A DNA stretch of 64,000 nt from a bacterium (GTDB taxonomy: Bacteria; UBA8248): the NCBI GenBank assembly GCA_965261085.1, contig OZ253442.1, positions 1,152,001 to 1,216,000 on the forward strand, given 5' to 3'. Both the position numbers and the translations under genes were made by a program. Positions 31,733 to 41,054 of this stretch are shown piece by piece (position 1 is the first letter of the stretch; each line of letters begins with the position of its first letter). A model generated the notes under the pieces. It saw only the letters and a program-made list of their open reading frames with translations, did not search any database and was not told the DNA's origin.

Positions 31733-32465
31733 CGCGTGAGCCTCCGGCCAGGGGCGAGCGTTCCGACGACGCCTCCGGCGCCGTCCGTACGTGCGCTCCA
31801 TCTTGTTTCTCCTCGTTACTTTCGCCGGCCTCATCAGTGCGGGGCGCCGCGGCGCTCCCGCCCGCGTCCGGCGGTCTCTTGAGGTCGTGGAAACGATCGA
31901 GCCAGAGCCGCGCCGCCCGGGCGGGATCGAGTAGCCTGATGCGGCGATCGAGCGGCGGAAAGGCGACGGACGTGGCCGCGCCCTCGCCCGCTCCGGGGAC
32001 GTCGCGCGCCTCCGCGGCTTCCGCCATCCGGGCGATGAAGCGCAAAAGCTCCGCCTGTTCCGCAGAAGGTTCTCCCTCAAGTCCGGCCGCCTCGAGCACG
32101 ACCGCCTCGACCCGCCCGCAGAGCCGTCTCATGCGGTCCGTCGGCCGCAGCGAGGAGGCGGCGTCGGCTCCCAGCCACGCGACGCTCGCTTGAGAGAGCA
32201 GCGCGTAGAGCGCCGCCTCCCGGACGCGCCTGCTCCCGGGTCCGCCCAGGTCCTCTATCGCCTCGCTCATCGTCACCGCGTGGGCCGCCAGGGAATGGAA
32301 GCGCTTGAGTCGCCCGCCCCTTCGGCAGGTGTTGGCCAGCACGTGGGCCAGGGCCTCGAAGTCGACCGCTTCGGCCGTCAGCGATTCGGGGTCCCCCGGC
32401 CAATCGAGGGGTCGATCCTCCGTCCCGCCCGCTGCGTGTGCGGATATCCTTCTTTTCGCGTTCAT
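31722..32465 (-). CDS. YfbR/HD-phosphohydrolase-like protein lacking the HD dyad
   Basis: ALAHVLANTCRRGG...HSLAAHAV...ALLSQASVAWLG versus family consensus LLHDAxEAYxGD. Confidence 0.7.
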   Translation of the reverse strand: MNAKRRISAHAAGGTEDRPLDWPGDPESLTAEAVDFEALAHVLANTCRRGGRLKRFHSLAAHAVTMSEAIEDLGGPGSRRVREAALYALLSQASVAWLGADAASSLRPTDRMRRLCGRVEAVVLEAAGLEGEPSAEQAELLRFIARMAEAAEARDVPGAGEGAATSVAFPPLDRRIRLLDPARAARLWLDRFHDLKRPPDAGGSAAAPRTDEAGESNEEKQDGAHVRTAPEASSERSPLAGGSRDAA

Positions 32466-32535
32466 GCGGTTTCTCCTTTCCCGTTGGTGGTTTCCTGTTC
32501 CTGGTTCGTATTCGGGTATCAGGGGATGAAGGGGC

Positions 32536-35037
32536 TCACGGCCCGCCGTCCTCCGCGATGCGCGCGACCGCCTCCTCGGTGCTGAGGCCCTCTTCCTTCA
32601 ATTTTTCGATGGCGGCGAAGGCGGGCCCGCGCGATGAATAGAGCGCGGACGATGCGCGGTCGAGCACCAGCCGCGCCACGCGCCACCCGTCCGGACCGTG
32701 CAGCACCAACTCGGCGTGGCGCCCGTCCACGGTGGCGAGGCTCTTGAGCGCCCGCTCCATGCCGGGGTCGCAGTGGATGCGCTTTTCCTGTTTGAGGAGT
32801 TCGACGGACTCGTCCTTCTGGGCCAGGAAGATCGTCCAGTCGGCGTTGTCCCAGGCCGCCCGCGCCGCGGGGTTGGCGTAATAGTCGTTCACGCTCTGGG
32901 TGCCGGTGACGAGTGCGCCCCTATACTTGCGCGCCCGCCGCGCCGCGCCCTCCAGGAACGCGCGGCTGTCCTCGCCCGAGAGCAGGTCCCATGCCTCATC
33001 GATAACGATCGCCTTGGGCCGCGTCCTCGGGCCGTGGTACATGCGTTGGGTGGCGAGAAAGACCACGAGCATGAGCACCACGCCCTGCAGGTCGCCCCGG
33101 CCCTTTAGTTCCGCGAGTTCGAACACGGTGAGCGCGGCGTCCAGAGCGGGGGTCTCGCCCCCCTCGAATAGCCGTCCAAGCGCGCCGCCCGGGCGCCAGG
33201 GGCCGAGAGCGAGCGCCATGTCGGACGCCCGCCTGTCGCCCGCAGCCTCGAGTCCCCGCTGCACGGCGCCCAGATCCGCGTCGTTTCCGGACTCCTCCCA
33301 GGCGCGCGCGATGGCCTCATCGATCAGCGCCGCCTCGATGTCGTCGATCCGGCCGCGCCTCCTGCACATGCGCCCGACCACGGCGGCCAGCATGGCGAAG
33401 CATTCCTCCCGGTAGTCGCCGTCGCGCGCCGCGGTCTCCGCATCGATCATGGCGAAGGGGTTCAACCGCGCGGGGTCCTTGCCGAAGGCGATGAAGGCGC
33501 CGCCCAGGGCTTCCGCCGTGTGCTGGAACGAACGCCCATCATCAATGACCACGGCTTCCCCGCCCGCGCCCGCGATGCCGGCGACGAGCTCCTGCATGAG
33601 AACCGACTTGCCCGAGCCCGATTTTCCCGTCACGGCTACGTTGTAGTTCCCCGCCTCGTTGGCGAAGGGGGACCAGCAGGCGGGCTGGCCCCGCCTCCCC
33701 ACCAGCAACAATGCGGGCGGCGCGTCGGGCGTCGTACGCTGGCCGCGCCACTCGCCGTGCACGGGGGCGAGGTTCACGGCGGATGAGGTGAGCAGGGTCT
33801 TCATCCGGCCCATCCGGGCGAGGTCGGCGTCGAGTCCGCCTGCCGGGACCATGGGCAGGCAGGAGAGCCAACCCGGCAGGTGGGCGTAGCGCTCCGCCCC
33901 CAAGCGCCAGCCCTGGCCGTGGTAGATGGCGCGCACCGCCTGTTCGGCCTCGTCGATTCCGTCGAGCGGCGCGTAGACACAGATGGTGTAACTCGCCCGG
34001 ACCAGGCGCTCGCCTTCCTTGAGCCGTTCGGTCACGAAGCGCCAGTCCCGGGCCTTCTCCGGGAGGCCGGGCAGGTAGCGCGCGATGCCCGTGCCCGCCT
34101 GTTGCGTCGCCCGGGCGGATTTGAGAAATGCGCGCTCACCGTCGGCCGCCTCGCCCATCATCACGGTGAGCGCGGTCAGTACCGGGGCGCCCGGCTGCAG
34201 AAAGTCGCGATGGAAATCGCCGATCAGCGCGTTGCCGCGCCAGCCGGGCCAGACCTCAGGATATGCGCGTGCGGAGAGTACGCGCACCGCCACGTCCGTC
34301 CCCGCGGGATGGTGGAAGACCAGCCCCGCCGGCGCCACGCTCATCGCACGGCCGGGCGCCGCGCACTGCAGGTGAATCGGGTCGCGCGGCGACCAGCGCC
34401 TCTCGGGACGATTAAGCCCGCCGTCGTGTTCTCCCTCCGGGTCGGGCGCCGTGAGTTCCGCCGCGAGTGATAACAACCCGTCCGGCTCGAGCCTTCGCGC
34501 CCAGGTCCCGATCGAGGCGAGAGCGCCCTCGAGCGCACGGCGGAAGCCGCCGAGCGCGGTCTCTGACGCCGGTCCCGGCCGGCCCGGCAGGCAGGCCGTC
34601 AGGAACACCCGGCAGTCGTTCAGCGTGAACGGCGGCCCGCCCGCATGAAGCGGGCGCCAGCCGGCGCCCGAGAAGAGGGCCTCGCGGCGCGCCGCCATCA
34701 CGGCTTGCAGGCCGCCCGCTCCCTCCCTAGGTTGCGCCCAGTCCCTGATCGCCGCCCCGTAGCGCGGGCTCGTCCAGTGGATGACCTGCACCACCGAGCG
34801 CTCGGGCGCCGAGTCGGCCAGGGTCCCGGCCAGCGCGTCCAGCGTCCCCTCGTCGATTCCCGCGAAGGGCGGGAGTTCCAGAACGAAGCCGCAACTCGCG
34901 GCGTTGACGTAGAACTCGCCCGCCTCGTCCCAGGCCCGCCAGGGCAGCAAGTCGACGAGCGGCGCCGGCATGGCCGGGAGCGTCCAGGGCTGGAGCGCGT
35001 CAGGTCCTTTGAGCAAATCCTTCAAACGTTCGATCAC
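32536..35037 (-). CDS. traC: VirB4-family ATPase TraC
   Basis: NYNVAVTGKSGSGKS, IDDGRS, IVIDEAW, RRARKY; GTG start overlapping traV stop. Confidence 0.96.
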   Translation of the reverse strand: MIERLKDLLKGPDALQPWTLPAMPAPLVDLLPWRAWDEAGEFYVNAASCGFVLELPPFAGIDEGTLDALAGTLADSAPERSVVQVIHWTSPRYGAAIRDWAQPREGAGGLQAVMAARREALFSGAGWRPLHAGGPPFTLNDCRVFLTACLPGRPGPASETALGGFRRALEGALASIGTWARRLEPDGLLSLAAELTAPDPEGEHDGGLNRPERRWSPRDPIHLQCAAPGRAMSVAPAGLVFHHPAGTDVAVRVLSARAYPEVWPGWRGNALIGDFHRDFLQPGAPVLTALTVMMGEAADGERAFLKSARATQQAGTGIARYLPGLPEKARDWRFVTERLKEGERLVRASYTICVYAPLDGIDEAEQAVRAIYHGQGWRLGAERYAHLPGWLSCLPMVPAGGLDADLARMGRMKTLLTSSAVNLAPVHGEWRGQRTTPDAPPALLLVGRRGQPACWSPFANEAGNYNVAVTGKSGSGKSVLMQELVAGIAGAGGEAVVIDDGRSFQHTAEALGGAFIAFGKDPARLNPFAMIDAETAARDGDYREECFAMLAAVVGRMCRRRGRIDDIEAALIDEAIARAWEESGNDADLGAVQRGLEAAGDRRASDMALALGPWRPGGALGRLFEGGETPALDAALTVFELAELKGRGDLQGVVLMLVVFLATQRMYHGPRTRPKAIVIDEAWDLLSGEDSRAFLEGAARRARKYRGALVTGTQSVNDYYANPAARAAWDNADWTIFLAQKDESVELLKQEKRIHCDPGMERALKSLATVDGRHAELVLHGPDGWRVARLVLDRASSALYSSRGPAFAAIEKLKEEGLSTEEAVARIAEDGGP

Positions 35038-35534
35038 GGTAGCCTCCAACTCGCGGGCTCGACCACGACCCGCACCCAGCCCCCTTCGCGGTAGACGCCT
35101 TCCGCGTCCACGAAGGGCGCGATCCATATCCGCGCGATCCTCTCCTTCGTGCGGAAGTTTTCATCGGCCGGAGCGGGGGTGTCTTGCACCGGTGGCAGGG
35201 ATAATGGTTCGGCGGTAGCCGCGCCTTCGTCGTGTTCCTCGTCGGGACTGAAGAGTTCGGCGAACCAGGCGAGGAAGCCGCCCAGGGTTTCGGACACGGG
35301 AGTTTCCACGCGGCGAAGCGGGACCGGGAAGGCAGTCTTTCGTGCTTCTTCCTGCGCCGAGACCGCAGGGTCCGCCTCGGATACGCTCGCACACGCCACG
35401 CCCTGCGCCAGGGGGCATTGCCAGGCCTCGCCCACGTGGCTACCCCCCGCGCAGCCGGCGAGGAGCGCCGCTCCCAGGAGCATCGTGATCGGCCGCCAGG
35501 GTTTTCCGGTTCGTTGATGGATCGTAGTACTCAT
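35034..35534 (-). CDS. traV: lipoprotein TraV
   Basis: lipobox LLAGC, WQCP..GVAC, RIWIAPFVD. Confidence 0.9.
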   Translation of the reverse strand: MSTTIHQRTGKPWRPITMLLGAALLAGCAGGSHVGEAWQCPLAQGVACASVSEADPAVSAQEEARKTAFPVPLRRVETPVSETLGGFLAWFAELFSPDEEHDEGAATAEPLSLPPVQDTPAPADENFRTKERIARIWIAPFVDAEGVYREGGWVRVVVEPASWRLP

Positions 35535-36784
35535 CCGTTTCTCCTCTGCTTGTCGCCTGTTTTTTTCTTCTTCTCCTCACGCCCGTCGATCCGGGCGCCC
35601 TCGATGAACACGACCGTCACCCGCGTACCCGTCTGCAACTGGATTACGGGCTGGTACTGCTCGGCCCGGCGGATCAGGTAATCGGCGACCCTGCGCCCGG
35701 CCGATGCAGCGCCGGCGCCCAGACCCGCGCGGCCCAGATCGCGGAGGCCCGCCGCGTTCGCGGCGCCCTCCGTCCCGGTCGGGGTTTGAAGCAGGTTGGC
35801 CGCGGTCTCCCCCGCGCCGGATACCAGACCCGCCAAGAAGGCCTTTTCCACCAGCGCGCCCTCGCGGCTCACCACCGGACCCCGCACGCCGGCCTTCCCG
35901 CCGCCCGCGACGAAACCCGTGACTTTCGTCTCAATCACGGTCTCGGGATCCGGCCCGGCGCAGGTCATGGTCTGCAGCCGCACGTAGATTTTTTCCGAAG
36001 AAAGGTCCCCGTAGGTGGCGCCCGTCAGCGTGCAGCCCGCAACGTCGGTTTCGAGCGCTTCTCCGTCCGAAGCCGCGCTCTTCGCCTTGCCCGTCAGTCG
36101 CAGCAATACCGGCCGCGGGTCGCCTTGGGAGGAGACGCCCACCGAGGCGTCCACACCGGCCAGCACCACCGCCTCCGCGTAGGCGCCCGCGGGCAGCCAG
36201 GAGGAAAGCGGACGGGGTCCCGTGTCAGGGGTGTTTTTACCTGCCGGTCCCGCACCGGTCTCGAACTCCCGGATCATCGGTGTGATGGGTGCGCCAAGGT
36301 CGCCCGGCGCAGCGGAGGCCCTCCCGCCGGAAGCGGGGCGGCCTCCCTTCGAACCCGGAGCAGTCCGTTTAGCCGGAACCGGCGCGGCCGGGCGGGTTTC
36401 GAGCCTCTTGCGCATCTCCTCGATCATCGCCGCCTGCCGGTCGATCACCATCCGGCCGTCCTCGGCGCCCCGCGCGAGGCTCTCGCGGAGCTTGGCGTTC
36501 TCCCCCTCGAAGCGCCGGCTCTTGGTTTCCATCTCCCGGAGCCGCGTTTCCAACTGGCCTATCCGCGCCTCGGAGCGCCGCACCCAGACCGCCTCCGCCG
36601 ATCTGGAGCCGGCCAGTTCCGCCCTGATCCCGCCCCGTGGCGGCGGCGCCTCGCCGCCGCCCGCCGAGAACCAGACCGCGAACGCGATCAATAACGCCGC
36701 GGCGATACCCGAGAACAGCAGCAGCTGTCGCCCGCGGACCCGTCTGCTCTCCGGGTCCATCGGGGTTTTATCCTGTCCACTCAT
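35531..36784 (-). CDS. traB: TraB (VirB10-like)
   Basis: TM plus coiled coil, GDLSSEK, GVRGPVVSREG, YLIRRAEQYQPVI. Confidence 0.95.
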   Translation of the reverse strand: MSGQDKTPMDPESRRVRGRQLLLFSGIAAALLIAFAVWFSAGGGEAPPPRGGIRAELAGSRSAEAVWVRRSEARIGQLETRLREMETKSRRFEGENAKLRESLARGAEDGRMVIDRQAAMIEEMRKRLETRPAAPVPAKRTAPGSKGGRPASGGRASAAPGDLGAPITPMIREFETGAGPAGKNTPDTGPRPLSSWLPAGAYAEAVVLAGVDASVGVSSQGDPRPVLLRLTGKAKSAASDGEALETDVAGCTLTGATYGDLSSEKIYVRLQTMTCAGPDPETVIETKVTGFVAGGGKAGVRGPVVSREGALVEKAFLAGLVSGAGETAANLLQTPTGTEGAANAAGLRDLGRAGLGAGAASAGRRVADYLIRRAEQYQPVIQLQTGTRVTVVFIEGARIDGREEKKKKTGDKQRRNG

Positions 36785-37530
36785 CGCGCCGACCCCATCC
36801 GGGAGGCTTCGCGCACCGCCACGGCGAGCCGTCCGCCCGAGGGGCCGCTCGCAGGCTCCGCCAGCCAGAGCGCGGCGACGCCCGGCGCGAGACTTTGCAT
36901 GAGTGTTTCGAAGTCGTCCCCCAGACTTAAGTCCGCCTCGAACACGCGCGCGATAAAGCGCGGCCCGCGCCAGACCTCGATAAGCGTGAGGCCCTCCGTC
37001 TCGGGCGTTCCCGCCCGCCTCTCGATCACGTAGCCCGGAGGAATCTCGCGCCGCGCCACCGCGCGCACGAGCGCCACCAGCGCGCCCACGCGACGGTCGC
37101 CCGGTCTCGGAATAGCCGGTTCTTGCGCCGCGGCCGCGTTCCGGATCAGTATCTGCGCGGAACCCTGCTCGGTCGCCCGGAGCGTCAGTAGGTAGGTGAA
37201 GCCTTTCACCGTCCCGATGAACAGCGTCACGGGCTTGCGGGCGAGGTTCTCGTGGTCCAAAGGCCGCAGGTAGATGTCCCCGCGCGACTTGTCGTGCTCC
37301 ACCGCGAAACCATCCGGTCCTCGGATCACGCGCGCGACCCGATCGTCCGCCAGCGCGATACGGCTCACCGCCCGGTCCGATATCACGGCTTCCAGTTCCG
37401 CGTGGTCGGCGGCTTCGAGTATCTGCATCGCAGACGCCGGAGCCGCCGACCAGAGGAAGATCGCCGCCAGGAGGAGCGCCGCGACCGGCGGGGCAGCCAG
37501 GTTTTTGGGGGTATTCCTCGTTCGCGTCAT
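36781..37530 (-). CDS. traK: secretin-like TraK
   Basis: signal peptide, VSRIAL, GDIYLRP, TLFIGT.KGFTY. Confidence 0.9.
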   Translation of the reverse strand: MTRTRNTPKNLAAPPVAALLLAAIFLWSAAPASAMQILEAADHAELEAVISDRAVSRIALADDRVARVIRGPDGFAVEHDKSRGDIYLRPLDHENLARKPVTLFIGTVKGFTYLLTLRATEQGSAQILIRNAAAAQEPAIPRPGDRRVGALVALVRAVARREIPPGYVIERRAGTPETEGLTLIEVWRGPRFIARVFEADLSLGDDFETLMQSLAPGVAALWLAEPASGPSGGRLAVAVREASRMGSAR

Positions 37531-38084
37531 TTTTTCTCCTCCAGTTCTTCGAAACGAAGCAGCCCGATCCGGCCCGCGTCCACGCGGAAGGACAGCCGGT
37601 AGCGTTTCCTCGCGCGAGATACCGGCTCGCGCCCCACCCAGGTCGCGAGTTCCCCGCTCACCACGACGGTGAGCGTTCCGGTGTCCGCCTCGATACGACC
37701 GGGATAGAAGGCCGTCGAGAGGTCGCGGCGCGCCATGCGACCGGCTTCGGCCGCGACCCAGGCCCCGATCGCGCCGCGGGCGGAGGCGTGGGCGAGCCGC
37801 GCCGCCGCCTCGCGGGCGTGTTCCGCGTTCTCGGGAGTCAGCGTCAGCAGCGTCACGGCGACGGTCCGCCCCATGTCTTCCAAGTACCTGCTCCCGGCCC
37901 GCCCGCCGCCGACCTCCCACGCCGGTCCCGTGACCGCCGGGACCAGCACCGTCATGCGCTCCACCGAGGCGAGAGCGATGCTCAGTCCCAGGTTGGCCAG
38001 GAGCGAGAGGGCGAGCAGCACGGCCAGCGCCGCGCGCCCGTCCCTCACCTGCCGCCTCTGCGCTTCCATCATGTCGCGTCTCAT
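37527..38084 (-). CDS. traE: TraE
   Basis: TM then TVLVP, YLEDM, LTLTPEN, AFYP, G.L.TWVG. Confidence 0.92.
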   Translation of the reverse strand: MRRDMMEAQRRQVRDGRAALAVLLALSLLANLGLSIALASVERMTVLVPAVTGPAWEVGGGRAGSRYLEDMGRTVAVTLLTLTPENAEHAREAAARLAHASARGAIGAWVAAEAGRMARRDLSTAFYPGRIEADTGTLTVVVSGELATWVGREPVSRARKRYRLSFRVDAGRIGLLRFEELEEKK

Positions 38085-38094
38085 TAAATCCTCC

Positions 38095-38388
38095 TCATCC
38101 GGTGAAGCGGCGCAGGTGGCTCGGCGGTGCGCCCCTGAGTCCCAGCACGAAGCCCGGCAGGAACCAGTAGAGCGCGCAGATCGCGACATCCGCCCCGCCT
38201 CCCCGCTTGGCCCGGCGCAGCAGGGCCCAGCCCGCAAGACCGCTCAGGAGACCGGTCACGAAGGCGTTGGCCGCCAGCCCCAGGAGAGCCGGCCCCAGAA
38301 GGGCCGCCGCCTCGTCCAGTGTCCAGAACAGCCAGCGTTCGGGGTCGTCCAGGCGCGAGGGGATCGCGTGCTTCGCCTGATCGCTCAT
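38095..38388 (-). CDS. traL: TraL
   Basis: IPSRLDDPERWLFWTLDE, LYWFLP. Confidence 0.93.
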   Translation of the reverse strand: MSDQAKHAIPSRLDDPERWLFWTLDEAAALLGPALLGLAANAFVTGLLSGLAGWALLRRAKRGGGADVAICALYWFLPGFVLGLRGAPPSHLRRFTG

Positions 38389-38400
38389 TCACGGCCCCCC

Positions 38401-38697
38401 TCATATGATCGCCGTGCCGACCAGCCCGGTGACGACGCCCGTCCCGGCGCCTGCCGCGATGCCCACCCCGACCGCGCCCGCCAACTGCGCGGCGTTGAAG
38501 CGCATGACCGAACCCACCAGGGCGGCGCCCACCGCGAGCGCGGCCGCGAGCTGTCCGCCCGTGCCCGAGACGATCCCGGTCACCGTGCCGAGCGGACCCG
38601 CGAACGTCGTGTCCGTCGTGGCCCAGGCAGCATCCAGACGCCAGAGCGCCCAAATGAGCGCCGTTAGAACGTGTTTTCCAAAGAAGAAGTTTTTCAT
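38401..38697 (-). CDS. traA: conjugative pilin
   Basis: leader plus two Gly/Ala-rich hydrophobic helices; first gene before traL. Confidence 0.75.
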   Translation of the reverse strand: MKNFFFGKHVLTALIWALWRLDAAWATTDTTFAGPLGTVTGIVSGTGGQLAAALAVGAALVGSVMRFNAAQLAGAVGVGIAAGAGTGVVTGLVGTAII

Positions 38698-39449
38698 CGC
38701 GTATTCCTCCCCAGGGCCAGGGCCCCTCCGTCGTCGGACGTGGACACCCGCCGCCGCGCCGAGGCCCACGCCTCGATGTCGGCGAGCAGGTAGCGAACCC
38801 GGGAGCCGAAGCGGTGGAATACCGGTCCCTCGCCGCTCACACGGTAGCGGTCCAGCGTCCTCGGCGAGAGGCCCAGCCATTCCGCCGCCTCCCGTGTGCT
38901 TAGGTAGTTCCTGCCGTTCTCGTTCATGCGCATTTCTCCTTTCCGTTCGAAATCGGCCCCGGTGGTCGGGGCCTTTGCTGTGAATGCGCCGGGTGTCCTC
39001 CCGGCGAAAGGGTCCGTTATGTCCGTCAGCCTGTCCCGGATGGCCCGGAGCTCATCTTCCCTCGCGTGCGCAGCCATCCAGGCGCGCATCCGGTCGACCG
39101 TCCTGAGCAGTGGCGGGTACCCCCTGCGCAGCCTTCCCACGAAGGAGGGATTACAGACGGCTTCTTCGCCCAGCACCGAGGGCTTGGTCCCGGACACGGC
39201 CAGGAACGCCTCGACCTCGCGCCGGAAGACCGGACCCAGCGGCGGATACCCCATGAAGGCCAGCACCCGGTCCGCCGTCACCAGGCGCACCGAACGCCCC
39301 CGTAACTGCGAGGCCACGAAATCCGGATCGCCCAGCGCGTCTATCCCGAAGCGACTCACGCACACCCCGTGGCGCGCGCGCCAGGCCGCAACGATCCGCC
39401 TCAAACGATCGTCCGAAGTCATGTCGGTATGGGTATCGAACGTCTTCAT
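38694..39449 (-). CDS. two Cro-like repeats fused to an excisionase-like HTH_17 domain
   Basis: FGIDALGDPDFV...TADRVLAFM and LGEEAVCNPSFV...TVDRMRAWM repeats, then YLSTREAAEWLGLSPRTLDRYR; ATGA overlap with pilin. Confidence 0.8.
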   Translation of the reverse strand: MKTFDTHTDMTSDDRLRRIVAAWRARHGVCVSRFGIDALGDPDFVASQLRGRSVRLVTADRVLAFMGYPPLGPVFRREVEAFLAVSGTKPSVLGEEAVCNPSFVGRLRRGYPPLLRTVDRMRAWMAAHAREDELRAIRDRLTDITDPFAGRTPGAFTAKAPTTGADFERKGEMRMNENGRNYLSTREAAEWLGLSPRTLDRYRVSGEGPVFHRFGSRVRYLLADIEAWASARRRVSTSDDGGALALGRNTR

Positions 39450-39478
39450 GCAGGCGAACATAAGGGAATCATTTTTGT

Positions 39479-39506
39479 TTGACAATAGTTTTACGTAGTG
39501 TATAAC
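39479..39506 (+). promoter_or_regulatory. candidate promoter for the repressor in the divergent control region
   Basis: TTGACA-N16-TATAAC; nearby TTTAC repeats. Confidence 0.45.
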
Positions 39507-39609
39507 CTTAGTTTACATTAAGTTTGCGCCCACATTTGCGCCCGGCTGCGCAGGGATGCGGCAAAAAAAACGGGGATTTTCCCGCGACGGTGGAATGAAA
39601 GGGGGCAGA

Positions 39610-40359
39610 ATGAACGAGTACGGAAAAAAGGACGAGAGGGAGGCGCTCCGGCGCGACCCGGTCCGTCTCAGGCTGAAGGAACTCCTGCGGAGCAACGACC
39701 TCACCCTCTCCGCGGTATCGCTGGCCATCGGCCGCAACCAGACCTATCTGCAGCAGTACGTTGACCGCGGCGTGCCCGTGGTGCTCGGATACCGCGATAG
39801 CGAAACCCTGGCCGAACTCCTCGGATGCGACCCTGAGGAACTCCGCCACGAGACCGTGCCGAAACGAAAACCCATGACGCGCAAGCGGCCCGGGCCGCTG
39901 CCCGGGCTTCCCGGCGCGCCGGTGGTGGCCGTCCCGGAGATCACGTCGGAGGCCGCCGTCGCCGAGGCGCTCACCGGCGAGCGCGCCCCGGAACTCGAGC
40001 GCTGGGGCTGGCCGTTGAACATCATCCGCTACGAGTCGGGCGCCGCGCTCGGGAACCTGCGCATCATCAGGGTGCGGGGCAACTCGATGGAGCCCGAGAT
40101 GCGCGAGGGTGACCGCATCCTGGTCGACGCCTCGAACAAGCTGCCGGTCACGGGCGAGAAGTACTTGCTCTGGGACGGCAACGGGCTGGTCGTCAAGCGG
40201 GTCGAGGTGGTCCACCGTGATGCGGCGGACGGGGACGAACCGCCCCGGCTCAGGCTGATCTCCGCCAACCCCGACTACGCCCCCTATTCATGCCTCGCCC
40301 GGGACGTCCACGTCTTCGGCAAGGTGTGGTGGGTGGTGGGGCGGGTGGCGCATGGATGA
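39610..40359 (+). CDS. CI/LexA-like repressor (HTH + S24)
   Basis: VSLAIGRNQTYLQQYV HTH; VRGNSMEP and VVKR Ser/Lys dyad. Confidence 0.92.
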   Translation: MNEYGKKDEREALRRDPVRLRLKELLRSNDLTLSAVSLAIGRNQTYLQQYVDRGVPVVLGYRDSETLAELLGCDPEELRHETVPKRKPMTRKRPGPLPGLPGAPVVAVPEITSEAAVAEALTGERAPELERWGWPLNIIRYESGAALGNLRIIRVRGNSMEPEMREGDRILVDASNKLPVTGEKYLLWDGNGLVVKRVEVVHRDAADGDEPPRLRLISANPDYAPYSCLARDVHVFGKVWWVVGRVAHG

Positions 40360-40607
40360 CGCAGGGAATGTCGGCAGGTCGGAGGACGGGTAAGGGAAAA
40401 CGGTCAATGAGACGGGATTGGGAAAACCAGTGACGATGCAAGGGCTTCGAGCCCGCCAAAGCGATTCGGACCCGATCCGCGCATCTCCATACGGGCCCGC
40501 GGCAAGAGTGAAGCGCCAAAATCGAGAGGTCTGACATAAGACTGCGCCTGACCGCGTACCGAACCGTTCGAACAACATGCTTGCGTTCAAGGGGTCGTCC
40601 ACATACA

Positions 40608-40899
40608 TTCAGTCGTCGGGTGAGATCGTCGCCGGCGCCAGAGGCAGTTGTTGGTATTGCGCGGCGTAGTCGGTTTGGACCCATGCTTTCCTGACCCCCA
40701 TCACCCCACGGTTGAATGGTTCGACGACAGGTACCCGCCGGGATGCGCAGAAGTTTTAATGAACCCGCTTTCGTTTTGATTACGAATTGCAGAAGGCAGA
40801 TTCTGAACAAGTTCGGAAAATTTATATATCCAAAATAATTTCAATAAGATATAGGGGTTTCATAGCCGATCAAAACCTCTTGATTTCTCTAAGGCGAGC
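40608..40899 (+). repeat. recombination-like site, copy B (IR pair 40608-40623 / 40701-40716 plus 161-bp block 40739-40899)
   Basis: direct repeat of 61402-61562 with scattered mismatches. Confidence 0.85.
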
Positions 40900-41054
40900 C
40901 AATGGCGCGAAACTTGAGAACGGGCGGCGGTTGCCGTATAATTTCAGAGTATATGGGAAATTTCGGTTGAAGGGACTTCGGATGCTCAGGGATGGGGGAG
41001 GCCAAAAAGTGGCCTCGCACTTCGGTGTTGTTCCACTTTGTGGAGGAAAATAAA

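Noticed and set aside
5720-38983. Many long antisense or alternate-frame ORFs (e.g. 13013..15430, 22061..23395, 8563..10266)
   Set aside because: GC-rich shadow frames overlapping well-supported genes
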